49,921 nt of DNA from Candidatus Poseidoniales archaeon (GCA_003602635.1 QQSJ01000014.1:1-49921); one strand, 5' to 3'; shown: positions 1 through 9,321, numbered from the stretch's first letter. The notes: generated from the letters alone by a model not told the origin. Numbers and translations are program-made.

Positions 1-157
1 ATGACATCGCTGGGGTCCATGGTGGTGGCCCGCCGTGACGGGACTTCAACGCTCCGTTGGGCGCTTCTAGGCGAATCGAGCGCAGTGGCTTGTTATGGTA
101 CCTCAGCCGGTACAGGCGACGCCCTGCCGATGCGGCAGGCCGAAGCACGGTTCCCTT

Positions 158-1024
158 TCACTGACCGGTGAAGGAGGGGATGCGCTTCTCGACGTAGGCC
201 GCGATGCCTTCCTTGGCGTCTTCGCTGAAGAAGAGGGCCGCCTGGAGTTCACGCTCAAGCGCAAGGTGGTACTCGAATGGGATCTCGGGGCCGGTCTGGC
301 AGGAGCGCTTGATGTTGCCCACGGCCTTTGCGGCCTTGTTGGGCAGGGTGAACTGAGCGCTGACCCAGTCGAGCATCATCTCGCGGAATTCGGTCGCGTT
401 GCCTTCCCAAATCTGGTTGATCAGGGTGTGGTTCTTGGCGTCTTCAAAGGACATGAGCTCGCCGGTCACCATCATCTCGAGGGCCTTGGCCTTGCCGATG
501 AGGCGGGTCAGGCGAGCGGTGCCGCCGGTTCCGGCGAGCACGCCGAGGTTGATCTCAGGCAAGCCGACCTTGCCGCTGTTCTTGCGGGCGATGCGGATGT
601 CCGCGGCCATGGCGATCTCGAGGCCGCCGCCGACAGCGTGGCCGTTGATGGCCGCGATGACGATCTTTGGCGTCTGCTCGAGGCGAGACAGGGTTTCGTT
701 GGCGTGAAGGCAGAAGTTGTACTTGAAGCCGGGCGAGACGCTGTTGAGCATCTTGATGGACGCACCTGCGGAGAAGAACTTCTCACCGGCGCCGGTGATG
801 ACGATGGCCGTGACCTTGTCGTCGAAGCGGGCGCGGATGATGGCCTCGTCGAAGTCACGGAACATGCCGTGCGTGTAGGTGTTCACCGCGGTCGCGTCGC
901 CCTGAAGGGGCTCGCCGCCGGAGTCGGAGGCGAGTTCGATGACGGCGATGCCGTTGTCGGTGGTGCCGTAGTTCACGAGATTGTTGGGCATCGCTTCGAA
1001 GGTCAGGCCGTAGAGGTCGGACAT
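158..1024 (-). CDS. enoyl-CoA hydratase/isomerase (crotonase superfamily)
   Basis: 288-aa ORF of typical family length. Crotonase-type segments ITGAGEKFFSAGASI and INGHAVGGGLEIAMAADIRIA. ATG at 1022..1024 (minus). Confidence 0.9.
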   Translation of the reverse strand: MSDLYGLTFEAMPNNLVNYGTTDNGIAVIELASDSGGEPLQGDATAVNTYTHGMFRDFDEAIIRARFDDKVTAIVITGAGEKFFSAGASIKMLNSVSPGFKYNFCLHANETLSRLEQTPKIVIAAINGHAVGGGLEIAMAADIRIARKNSGKVGLPEINLGVLAGTGGTARLTRLIGKAKALEMMVTGELMSFEDAKNHTLINQIWEGNATEFREMMLDWVSAQFTLPNKAAKAVGNIKRSCQTGPEIPFEYHLALERELQAALFFSEDAKEGIAAYVEKRIPSFTGQ

Positions 1025-1067
1025 GACCCCTCCAATGGAAGGGCGCTAATGAAGCAACCGCAGCGGC

Positions 1068-2330
1068 TCAGGCGAGCGTGGCTTCGGTTTCGTGAGCTTC
1101 CCCGTCTCGGCTTTCGAAAGAGGTGTGGCCGCCGCTGCGCCGCGCGGCCTCCCAACGGGCCTTCACGGCCAGCGCAGCCTCGCTCTGTTCCCATGCATCA
1201 CGCGGCTTGGCCGCGCGGAAGGGCAGGCGCTTCGGTTTCGTCGGCCCGCTGCCGCGTTCAAGCATGAACGGGGAGGTCGTTGCATACACGAGCCGCTTCA
1301 GCAGGCTTGGACGGAAGAGGCGGCCGATCCATCGTAGGCCGTCGCCAGACCGATCTTGGTCCTTCATCCAGCGCACGCACATGCGCTTGAACATGCGGTC
1401 GCCGACCCTGTTCATCAGCCAGCGGTTCGCCACACTGGTCTGCACGTAGGGCAAGAGTTGCCTTCGGACTTCCTTGTCGTACGATGGACCACCAAGCATC
1501 TCTTGAGCCGCCAACACGCCCGACCATACGGCCATTCGCATTCCGAACCCCCACATGAAGTCCTGAAGGCCGCCCGACTCCCCGACAAAGTGCTGACCCG
1601 TTTCAGGAACGGTGTAGAAGCCGTTGAGCGTAAAATCGCCCTTCCCACCGACGCGCTTGATCGGTTCCATGTCGATGTCTGGATAGAGCCGCTGGTAGGT
1701 GGCGATGCATTCGTTGAGGAAGCGCTCGCTCTTCTTCTGCTTGCGCCAGAGGCAGGTGCAAATGAGGCCAACGCCGTCGATGATGATGAGGTAGCTGTAC
1801 GCGCCGGGCGCGAGTTTGTCGTTCAATTGGAACGCGATGTGGTTTGGGTGACTGGTCCGGAAAATCTCGCCAAGGGCCAGGGCTGAGGTGTCCTTTGGAC
1901 CGCAGGCCACGATGTCCGCGTCCTTCTCGTCAATCCGTGACTTGTAATGCAGGGTAGCGCCGGCCTCGATGGCCATCCGCTTGAAGGCCTGGTCGATGGT
2001 GTGGTCGGACGTCCCTCGCTCGACGATGCGGTAGGCCACACCGTCGGTTTTTGCTTGCGTGACCTCGTCGTCTGGATGGATGAGGTCCACCACGGAAAAG
2101 GAGGTGGATTTGAACGAAGTGGAATCAAAGCCCCAGGTTTCGAGCTGGTCGAAGAAATCGGCATCCATGCTCCAATTTTCGAGGGCCTGGAAATCCCCGT
2201 CGAACCGCGCTCCTGAGTCCGCACGGATGTCGTGGACGTGGACTTCTCGTCCAGCTCGAGCCAGCAGCGTGGCGGCAGCGAGCCCTGAGAGCCCGGCGCC
2301 CATCACGACGATTGGACCCTCTCCGTCCAT
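1068..2330 (-). CDS. FAD-dependent oxidoreductase (geranylgeranyl-reductase/FixC-like flavoprotein)
   Basis: ORF-track entry 1068..2651 trimmed to the ATG at 2330. This places the Rossmann motif (MDGEGPIVVMGAGLSGLAAATLLARAG) at the N-terminus and avoids overlap with divergent moaE. Lies 43 nt upstream of the crotonase gene on the same strand. Confidence 0.7.
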   Translation of the reverse strand: MDGEGPIVVMGAGLSGLAAATLLARAGREVHVHDIRADSGARFDGDFQALENWSMDADFFDQLETWGFDSTSFKSTSFSVVDLIHPDDEVTQAKTDGVAYRIVERGTSDHTIDQAFKRMAIEAGATLHYKSRIDEKDADIVACGPKDTSALALGEIFRTSHPNHIAFQLNDKLAPGAYSYLIIIDGVGLICTCLWRKQKKSERFLNECIATYQRLYPDIDMEPIKRVGGKGDFTLNGFYTVPETGQHFVGESGGLQDFMWGFGMRMAVWSGVLAAQEMLGGPSYDKEVRRQLLPYVQTSVANRWLMNRVGDRMFKRMCVRWMKDQDRSGDGLRWIGRLFRPSLLKRLVYATTSPFMLERGSGPTKPKRLPFRAAKPRDAWEQSEAALAVKARWEAARRSGGHTSFESRDGEAHETEATLA

Positions 2331-2382
2331 GCTTGGACATCGGCGCGGAGGGTTTGAAGGATGCGCTGTGTGAGCATCATCC

Positions 2383-2823
2383 ATGTCCACCCCTGACTCA
2401 CCCTGCGAGGTGATTGTGGACACCCCAAACGGGCGGCTCGATCCGGACGCCTTGTTGCAACGGATGCCGGTCGATGGGGTCGGCGCAGTCGTCAGTTTCG
2501 TCGGTCTCACCCGCGGGACAGAAGGCGAGGCCAACGTCCTCCGACTGGAATTTGACGCCTGGCAAGAGGAACTTCCGAAGGTGTTGCGCAGGCTGGCCGT
2601 CGAGGCAGGAGAGGCCCACAGGCTTCGGGCCGTGGCCATCGCACACCGCATCGGAAGCGTCGAGCCCGAAGAGCCGATCGTCGCGATTCATGTGGGTTCT
2701 GCGCACCGCGGTCCGGCCTTCGATGCCTGCCGTTGGCTCATCGATGAACTCAAGCAGCAAGCCCCCCTGTGGAAGAAAGAGGTGACCGATCATGGAGCCA
2801 CGTGGAAAGCCGGACTCGGTTGA
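2383..2823 (+). CDS. moaE: molybdopterin synthase catalytic subunit MoaE
   Basis: 146 aa. MoaE-like layout (GAVVSFVGLTRG..., IAHRIGSVEPEEPIVAIHVGSAHRGPAFDACRWLIDELKQQAPLWKKE). Confidence 0.85.
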   Translation: MSTPDSPCEVIVDTPNGRLDPDALLQRMPVDGVGAVVSFVGLTRGTEGEANVLRLEFDAWQEELPKVLRRLAVEAGEAHRLRAVAIAHRIGSVEPEEPIVAIHVGSAHRGPAFDACRWLIDELKQQAPLWKKEVTDHGATWKAGLG

Positions 2824-3265
2824 AATTGAAGGCATCGTGGACATCGGTCGGAAGCCGGCCGTGGCCCGCCGTGCGGTGGCTGAAGGGTGGGTGACCCTTC
2901 GTCCAGAGACCCTCGTAGCCATCCTCGAAGGCGGTGTCCCGAAGGGCGACGTGCGCGAAGCCTCGACCATCGCAGCCATTCAGGCGGTGAAAGAGACGCC
3001 ACGTCTGATTCCCCATTGCCATCCCGTGCCCATCGAATCCTGCAAGGTACGTTGGCACGTCGACGGCGATCGCCTCGGCTGTGAAGTCGAGGTCGGCGCA
3101 CACTACCGGACCGGAATCGAGATGGAAGCCTTGGCCGGGGTCAGTGCCGGCCTTCTCTGTGCTTTTGACATGGTGAAATCAATGGAAAAGGACGAGGCGG
3201 GACAGTACCCAGTGGCCCGAATTGACGGCCTTAGGGTCATCGAGAAGCACAAGGCCAACCCGTGA
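2792..3265 (+). CDS. moaC: cyclic pyranopterin monophosphate synthase MoaC
   Basis: 157 aa. IVDIGRKPAVARRAVAEG aligns with the MVDVSAK..T.R.A.A region of MoaC. Also LIPHCHPVPI and TGIEMEALAGVSAGLLCAFDMVK. Overlaps the moaE 3' end by 32 nt. Confidence 0.9.
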   Translation: MEPRGKPDSVEIEGIVDIGRKPAVARRAVAEGWVTLRPETLVAILEGGVPKGDVREASTIAAIQAVKETPRLIPHCHPVPIESCKVRWHVDGDRLGCEVEVGAHYRTGIEMEALAGVSAGLLCAFDMVKSMEKDEAGQYPVARIDGLRVIEKHKANP

Positions 3266-3309
3266 GTTCTGTTCCGGTGTGTTCATCATCCGTCCTTCGT
3301 TCGCGGTCC

Positions 3310-4260
3310 ATGCGCGTCGGTGACGTCTGGCCCCACCTGCTCGAAGCCGTCGACATGGCGGCCTTGGCCAGTGCGGAATGGCGCGGTCTCGGTGACAAGG
3401 ACGCCGCCGACGGTGCCGCCGTTGAAGCGATGCGACGCTCGTTTGACCACGCTCCCTTTGACGGCCGCGTGGCCATCGGTGAGGGCGAGCGTGATGACGC
3501 TCCAATGCTCTACATCGGAGAACCGATCGGTGGAGAAATCGGGCGCGAAGGCGCCGTCCAACTCGACATTGCCGTCGATCCGCTGGAGTGCACCAACAAC
3601 TGCGCCGACAACCTGCCCAACTCGATTGCCGTGCTTGCCGCAGCGCCTCGCGGTGCTCTCTTGCACGCACCGGATTGCTACATGGACAAGATCGCCGCAG
3701 GCCCCGCCCTTGCGGGTCACGTGGACCTCGACGGTGACGTGGCTTGGAATTTGGAGCAAGCAGCTCATGCACTGGACCGTGAGGTCGCCGACGTTCGCGT
3801 CGTAGCGCTCGACCGTGATCGACACGCCGACCTCATCAAGGACGTTCGAGGTGCCGGCGCGCAACTCGAATTGATGTCCGACGGGGACGTCAGCGCCGCC
3901 ATTTGGGCGGCCCGTGACGATGGCCCATTTGACCTGCTCTTGGGCATCGGCGCCGCCCCTGAAGGCGTCATCACCGCCGCCGCCATCCGCGGCCTAGGCG
4001 GGGTGTTCCAAGGTCGCCTCGTCCTCCGCAACGACGAGGAAGCCGCACGGGCCGCGACCATGGTCGGCGACGATCTTGACCGTCGTTGGGAAGCCGAAGA
4101 CCTCTGCACGTCGAAAGACGCGGTCTTCATCGCCGCCGGTGTCTGCGATGGATACCTCCCAGGGGTGGTGCTCGATGAGGGGCGCTCCATCACCAGCAGC
4201 GAAGTCATCGACGTTGCGTCAGGCACACGCAGGTCGATTGTGACCGAGCGACGCCGTTGA
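3310..4260 (+). CDS. glpX: fructose-1,6-bisphosphatase class II (GlpX-type)
   Basis: WRGLGDKDAADGAAVEAMR and IGEGERDDAPMLYIGE match the GlpX N-terminus. Start set to the ATG at 3310, whose N-terminus aligns with E. coli GlpX; an upstream GTG at 3262 is possible. Confidence 0.85.
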   Translation: MRVGDVWPHLLEAVDMAALASAEWRGLGDKDAADGAAVEAMRRSFDHAPFDGRVAIGEGERDDAPMLYIGEPIGGEIGREGAVQLDIAVDPLECTNNCADNLPNSIAVLAAAPRGALLHAPDCYMDKIAAGPALAGHVDLDGDVAWNLEQAAHALDREVADVRVVALDRDRHADLIKDVRGAGAQLELMSDGDVSAAIWAARDDGPFDLLLGIGAAPEGVITAAAIRGLGGVFQGRLVLRNDEEAARAATMVGDDLDRRWEAEDLCTSKDAVFIAAGVCDGYLPGVVLDEGRSITSSEVIDVASGTRRSIVTERRR

Positions 4261-4295
4261 CAAGGGTTCTTGATTCGGAAGGCGTGCCGGTGGGC

Positions 4296-5204
4296 ATGGA
4301 CGTCGTCGTGGTCGGCAGCCTTGCCTACGATTCAATCGAAACACCTGCCGCCAAAGGCGAGCGCCTGCTTGGCGGCTCAGCGACCTACGCAGGGCTTGCC
4401 TCATCGGCCTCTGGGGCCTCCTGTGGCCTCGTGGGCGTGGTGGGCGACGACTTTCGCGAAGAGGACCGCCATCTCTTGGCCACCAGTGGTCTGCATCTGG
4501 ACGGTTTGGTGACGGCAGAGGGGCGCACTTTCCACTGGGAAGGCACCTACAGCGGCGCGATGGGCGAAGCCTCGACCCTCAACACCGAACTCAACGTCTT
4601 CGAAGCCTTTGATCCCGAAGTGCCCAACGCATGGACGGCCCCCAAGGTCCTGTTCTGCGCCAACCTCCATCCTGCCCTTCAGGCGAAGGTCTTGGACCAA
4701 TGCACCCCGACTCGTTTGCGGATGCTCGATTCGATGAACCTCTGGATCGACATCGCTCGGCCACTTCTCATCGATGTGCTCAACCGGGTGGATTTGGTGG
4801 TCCTCAACGACGGGGAAGTTCGAATGTTGGCCGATGACGCCAACCTCGTCCGAGCCGCGCAATGGCTGCACGGTGAACTTCAACCCGGATCCATCCTTGT
4901 GGTCAAGCGCGGTGAACACGGCGTCCTTGCTTTGCACCCAAGCGGTATGCTGCATGTGCCCTCCGTCCCATCGCCAGGCCTCGTGGACCCCACCGGGTGC
5001 GGCGACAGCTTTGCCGGAACTTTGGCCGCTCACCTGTCCAAAGGAGAGGGCCCCGTGAATCGTGACGAACTTCGCAGCGGTCTCGAACATGCGGCCGTGG
5101 TCGCAAGTTACACGCTTCAGGGCCTTGGTGTGACAGGCTTGGTGGCCATGGAACAAAGCGACCGAGCCGAGCGGTTGCAGGCGCTTCAGGCCTTGACCCG
5201 ATGA
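4296..5204 (+). CDS. PfkB-family carbohydrate/nucleoside kinase
   Basis: N-terminal VVVVGSLAYD and C-terminal DPTGCGDSFAG (PfkB anion-hole motif). ATG at 4296 preferred over the TTG at 4257 that overlaps the glpX stop. Confidence 0.8.
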   Translation: MDVVVVGSLAYDSIETPAAKGERLLGGSATYAGLASSASGASCGLVGVVGDDFREEDRHLLATSGLHLDGLVTAEGRTFHWEGTYSGAMGEASTLNTELNVFEAFDPEVPNAWTAPKVLFCANLHPALQAKVLDQCTPTRLRMLDSMNLWIDIARPLLIDVLNRVDLVVLNDGEVRMLADDANLVRAAQWLHGELQPGSILVVKRGEHGVLALHPSGMLHVPSVPSPGLVDPTGCGDSFAGTLAAHLSKGEGPVNRDELRSGLEHAAVVASYTLQGLGVTGLVAMEQSDRAERLQALQALTR

Positions 5205-6902
5205 TCACTGGTCCATGCGTTCGAGGTCAAAGTAAGGGCGAGATTGCCCTGCTTCTGCACCGACCTCGATCATGTCGCTGAACGAGGAAGAGATCTGTCC
5301 TTGTCGGTCCCCGTTCAGGGTTTCTTCAGACGCCGGCAAAGCAGGTGCTGAGATGTGGTTGAGCAGTTCGCGCATGGTGTCATCCACGCGTTCACCACCG
5401 CTTGACCCTGCGTGAACCCTGACATGGTCGTCGACGATGGCCTGTGAGGTGGAATCGGATCGCAGGCGCGTCCGCTGCCACGTGGTCATCGGTTCAACGT
5501 CTTCAGCAGCCACGGCCGCTCCGTCTTCGTCGCCGTACATCGCGGCGTACTCCTGTTCTTGAGGCGAAGGTGGCTGCGGGCGCAGTGCTGCGTCAAAGAG
5601 ACCGCCAAGCGCGCGTCGGCGCGTGCGACCGCTCTGTGTTCGCTGGCGGGGGATCAGGTGCCGTGGGGCCGTCGTGCCGAGTTTGGGTTGCAGGTTGACG
5701 GGTTGACCTGCAGGGGCGGTCATGGCCTCGTTGGGATGCCGTCGTGCGGTCCCGACAATGCCTCGGACAGGTGGCGCTGCCGGTTGTGGCTCAGGTTCCG
5801 CCGGGGGTGCGATGGCTGGAGCCTCATGCAGCCCAAACACAGGGAAGTGGGGGGCAGGTTCAGGCGTCGGCACGGGCCTTGAGTGCCCGCTTGGGCCAAC
5901 GAAACTCGGCAAGTACGCTTCCTCGCCTGGGTCGAACGCCGGCACGGGTGCTTCCATCCGTGGCGCAGGCAGAGCGCGCGTGTCCTGTGGGATGGGTTGC
6001 CAACCGTTTCCGGTCACGGCAAAGGGTGAACTCGCTTCGTCGCGTGCCTGCTGCGCTGCATCCCTGTCCACGGGCGTCCGTGGGTTGATGGCGTCCTGAG
6101 AAGGGGTCGGAAGTGCTTCGCGCTGTTCCACCATGTTGCGTTGCGCACGTGCGTGCAAGCCGTCCTGCACCGGTGGGGCCGGGGCAGGCACCTGGACAGG
6201 CGCCAGGTACGCATCGGATTGCATGGGAAACCGTCGGTCCTCGATGGTGATGTTCACCGCGGGTGCCGCCGTTGCAGGGTTGCTGGGCCCCATCGAGGCC
6301 TCATCGAAGAACTCCGCCAACACCGCAGCATCGGGGGTGGCTCGGGGCACGATTTCACCCTCAAGCAAGCCGGCCAGTGGGGCCGGAGCGACCAACGCTT
6401 CAGGCGTTGAACGGGGCCGGCCCACCTCATCGAGGCCTTCACGTGCTGCAGAGAGGGGCATCCCGGCCATCAGTCGCCCCATCAGGTAAGCGAGCATCAT
6501 CAGTTTCCCGTCCGCGCCCGTGATGACGTGGCACTCTCCGTTGTGCAAGTCGATGGTCAAGGTCGGCCGCCGGGTCAAGGCCCAAGCCCCAACGAGGATG
6601 CAGCCGATGGCCATGACCACGTTTCGGACAGCGACCAGTTCGATCGTCCATCCTGCCATGCCGATGAGGATCAGCCCAAACAGGTGGCTGTATGGCGGCA
6701 TCAGATGGGTCTGGTGGTGGTTGAACGTGCTGATGGAACCGAGGGGGAGGGTCGTGGTTTTGCCCTCCTTGGCACGGATGAGCAAAGCGGAAGGATCGAC
6801 CTCAACGGCCACCTTTCCTCGCATCCCAGCCAGATGCAGTCCGTCGAGGACCTCACGGTCCAACTGCATCGGGCCGGCGGACGCCGGCACGATTTCTCCC
6901 AT
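5205..6902 (-). CDS. hypothetical membrane protein with long Pro/Ala-rich C-terminal region
   Basis: ORF 5205..7103 trimmed to the ATG at 6902 to avoid overlapping the upstream gene (stop at 6992). Two hydrophobic helices (LFGLILIGMAGWTIELVAV, VVMAIGCILVGAWAL), then about 400 aa of low-complexity Pro-rich sequence. No recognised domain. Confidence 0.5.
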   Translation of the reverse strand: MGEIVPASAGPMQLDREVLDGLHLAGMRGKVAVEVDPSALLIRAKEGKTTTLPLGSISTFNHHQTHLMPPYSHLFGLILIGMAGWTIELVAVRNVVMAIGCILVGAWALTRRPTLTIDLHNGECHVITGADGKLMMLAYLMGRLMAGMPLSAAREGLDEVGRPRSTPEALVAPAPLAGLLEGEIVPRATPDAAVLAEFFDEASMGPSNPATAAPAVNITIEDRRFPMQSDAYLAPVQVPAPAPPVQDGLHARAQRNMVEQREALPTPSQDAINPRTPVDRDAAQQARDEASSPFAVTGNGWQPIPQDTRALPAPRMEAPVPAFDPGEEAYLPSFVGPSGHSRPVPTPEPAPHFPVFGLHEAPAIAPPAEPEPQPAAPPVRGIVGTARRHPNEAMTAPAGQPVNLQPKLGTTAPRHLIPRQRTQSGRTRRRALGGLFDAALRPQPPSPQEQEYAAMYGDEDGAAVAAEDVEPMTTWQRTRLRSDSTSQAIVDDHVRVHAGSSGGERVDDTMRELLNHISAPALPASEETLNGDRQGQISSSFSDMIEVGAEAGQSRPYFDLERMDQ

Positions 6903-6991
6903 CCTCGCGCACTTGGTGGAATGGGATATCAATCCTCCCTCAACGGTGCAGCCCCCCAGCGAGGTTGCAGAGGAGGTCTTCAATCGCCGAC

Positions 6992-8014
6992 CTATGCTTG
7001 CTGTTCGAGTCGCCCAGAACCAATGATGCGGGGTTTCGAATCCAGTTGAGCGATCACGGCTTGAGGCGGTGCATGCGCTCGAATCAAGGCAGGGTGGTCC
7101 CATTCAACCGTGAGCACGTTCCCTTCTGCGGCCGTCACGCGACCCACGATGAACTGGAGGTCGACGGAGAGGTGAATCACATCGCCCGTTTGCAGGGTTC
7201 GTCGCTGGAAGGGTGACGGTGTCAGGTGAACCGTTGAACGAGCATGTGGATGCATGGCCGGGGGCCGATGCGTGCCGGTGCGTGGGTCGTCCACAGGAGG
7301 GTGGACGATGAGGGTGCCACCGGAAAGATGGGCCTCCTGCGCGTTCCTAAGGGCCAAGCCAACGCGGTCACCTGCGGTTGCTGTGGGGACGTCGTCGTCC
7401 ATCACCTGCAGGGACTTGGCCGTCCCGCCACCTTCGGCGGGGAGAAGAAGGAGCTCGTCGTGTTGGTTGACGGTTCCCGCTTGGACGTAGCCGATCGCCA
7501 CGAGCCCAATGCCACGGACGTTGAAATGTTGATCCACAGGAATCACCAACGGCTGCGTTGACGCCTCTGCAAGTTCTTCGGACAGGTCGTCCATCAGGGC
7601 GTAGAACCGTTCCCTGAGATGAGGGCCGTCCTCGGCCTCGAAGGTCCACGCGCCAAGGCCAGCCTGCTGGAAGAGGCCCTTGACCTGGTCCTCGTCAACC
7701 CAACCTCCGTCCTTGGGCCGAATGACGGCAAGGCCTCGTTCAATGCCTGCACTGGCGAAGGCGACAAGCGCTTCACCGAGCGTGGCGTCGACGGCTTCCA
7801 CCTCGATCAGGCCGACACGTGCCGCGGACAAGGCGTTGAGGAGTGGGCGAAGGCGCTCAGGGTACTTCGCGGGCCGAATGATCGACAGGATGCGTGCGCC
7901 GCCGTCGCCCGATTCCTTGTGGACGTAGGTGTGCACGTCCCGCTGGTCGCTGGGCTTGGCGATCAGACGGGCGAGGTCGTCGGTGGCCACAGCGGCGATG
8001 TTGAGGACCGGCAT
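6992..8014 (-). CDS. EF-Tu/SelB-like protein with degenerate (motif-less) G domain
   Basis: The central part matches EF-Tu domain 2 (PLVIPVDQHFNVRGIGLVAIGYVQAGTV...DRVGLALRN...GTLIV). The N-terminal about 150 aa have G-domain layout but lack GxxxxGK[ST], DxxG and NKxD. Confidence 0.7.
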   Translation of the reverse strand: MPVLNIAAVATDDLARLIAKPSDQRDVHTYVHKESGDGGARILSIIRPAKYPERLRPLLNALSAARVGLIEVEAVDATLGEALVAFASAGIERGLAVIRPKDGGWVDEDQVKGLFQQAGLGAWTFEAEDGPHLRERFYALMDDLSEELAEASTQPLVIPVDQHFNVRGIGLVAIGYVQAGTVNQHDELLLLPAEGGGTAKSLQVMDDDVPTATAGDRVGLALRNAQEAHLSGGTLIVHPPVDDPRTGTHRPPAMHPHARSTVHLTPSPFQRRTLQTGDVIHLSVDLQFIVGRVTAAEGNVLTVEWDHPALIRAHAPPQAVIAQLDSKPRIIGSGRLEQQA

Positions 8015-8038
8015 GGGGGGGCCTCGTGGTGCTCCACA

Positions 8039-8548
8039 TCAAGCCTTGGACGCGGCTTTGTTGCGAAGCATGTTCGCGCGGAGTTCTTCGGCATGGGCCC
8101 ATTCCCGCTCCGCTTCGGCCCCTTCTGGGGTCAGTTGGGGGATGGGAATTGGTCGCATCATGGAGTCGATGGCGACGAAGAAAAAGTAGCCTTCACAAAT
8201 CGGCCGGCGCGCCCAATCGGATTTGCTCATCGATTGTGCGGTCACCTTGACGCATGCCGTGTGATTCGAGGTGAACACCACTTGGCCGGTCACTTCGAGG
8301 AGGTCGCCCTGACGCGCAGGTGCGATGAAGGTCAGGGTGTCGATCGAAATGGTCACGAATTCGCGGTGCGCGAACTTCGCACAAGCGATGCCTCCTGCTT
8401 TGTCCATGAGGGACAAAAGCCGGCCACCAAACAGGGTGTCGTAGGCGTTGGTGTCCTGAGGGAACACCTCCTCGATGAGGGTCACGGGTTCAACGGAAAA
8501 CGGTTGCACGGTGGATGCTCGCGACCGCCCGTCATGAAGCCTCGCCAT
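8039..8548 (-). CDS. acyl-CoA thioesterase (hotdog fold, YciA/BFIT-like)
   Basis: ORF 8039..8902 trimmed to the ATG at 8548 (169 aa). Motif PQDTNAYDTLFGGRLLSLMDKAGGIA is typical of hotdog acyl-CoA thioesterases. Confidence 0.8.
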   Translation of the reverse strand: MARLHDGRSRASTVQPFSVEPVTLIEEVFPQDTNAYDTLFGGRLLSLMDKAGGIACAKFAHREFVTISIDTLTFIAPARQGDLLEVTGQVVFTSNHTACVKVTAQSMSKSDWARRPICEGYFFFVAIDSMMRPIPIPQLTPEGAEAEREWAHAEELRANMLRNKAASKA

Positions 8549-8588
8549 CGGGGAAGGCTCTTGACGGTCCTTCTCCGCCTTGGAGCAC

Positions 8589-9251
8589 ATGGGGGCCTGC
8601 GTCGGTTTGATGTCCGGCGGCATCGATTCCCCCGTTGCTGCTGCGAGGGCCATGCGCATCGGCTGGGACCTGTACCCCTTGCACTTCAGCATGGAACCGG
8701 TGACCGGCCCCGAAGCACAAGAGCGAACGGTGGCTGGTTTGCGCCATTTTGTGAACATGCAGGGCGGCTTTGGTGAGCACATGAGCGGCCATCTTGACCG
8801 GACGCTGGTGGTCGTGCCTGTTGCGGCCGTCATGGCGAAATTTACCGAGCCTTGGTGCCATTCTGAGTATTTCATCCACATGAAGCGTGTGTTCAACACC
8901 ATCGCGACCTACCGAGCAAAGGAAGTCGGAGCGACGCATCTCCTGACCGGTGAGAACTTGGGGCAGGTGTCCAGTCAAACCCTCGGCAACCTCGGCGCTG
9001 TTGAGGAGGCCACCGATCTCGGCGTGCTTCGCCCTCTGCTTGGTTTCGACAAGTCCGCCATCACGGACATGGCACGGGCGTTGGGCACGTACGAGTTGAG
9101 CATTGGACCCGAGGTGTGCGACGCTTTGGGGCCAAAGCACACGACCACGGTGGGAAACCGTGAGTGGTTGGAACGAAGCGAAGCCCGCGTTGGAGGTCTT
9201 GAAGCCCTCGCCACGCAGGCATGGGCCTCCCGGACCACCGTGTCCCTCTGA
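8589..9251 (+). CDS. thiI: ThiI-like PP-loop sulfurtransferase (adenine-nucleotide alpha-hydrolase domain only, no THUMP)
   Basis: PP-loop SGGIDSPVAA is at the very N-terminus. Also TGENLGQVSSQTLGNL and RPLLGFDKSAITDMARALGTYELS, as in ThiI. ATG at 8589; an in-frame TTG at 8580 is possible. Confidence 0.75.
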   Translation: MGACVGLMSGGIDSPVAAARAMRIGWDLYPLHFSMEPVTGPEAQERTVAGLRHFVNMQGGFGEHMSGHLDRTLVVVPVAAVMAKFTEPWCHSEYFIHMKRVFNTIATYRAKEVGATHLLTGENLGQVSSQTLGNLGAVEEATDLGVLRPLLGFDKSAITDMARALGTYELSIGPEVCDALGPKHTTTVGNREWLERSEARVGGLEALATQAWASRTTVSL

Positions 9252-9321
9252 GACAGAGAAGAGCACCCCCACGGGGATTCTTTTAGGGAGGCTTGGCGTC
9301 GCGTAAGACGTCGGTGTCGCC

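Noticed and set aside
1-168. Open plus-strand frame from the window edge to the TGA at 166..168 (55 codons), possibly the 3' end of an upstream gene
   Set aside because: It is too short and featureless to assign, and would overlap the crotonase 3' end by 11 nt. Left unannotated.
95-1267. 390-aa plus-strand ORF covering the crotonase gene region
   Set aside because: It is antisense to a well-supported enoyl-CoA hydratase gene. Its Gly/Ala/Arg-rich translation has no motifs. This is the typical shadow ORF of GC-rich DNA.
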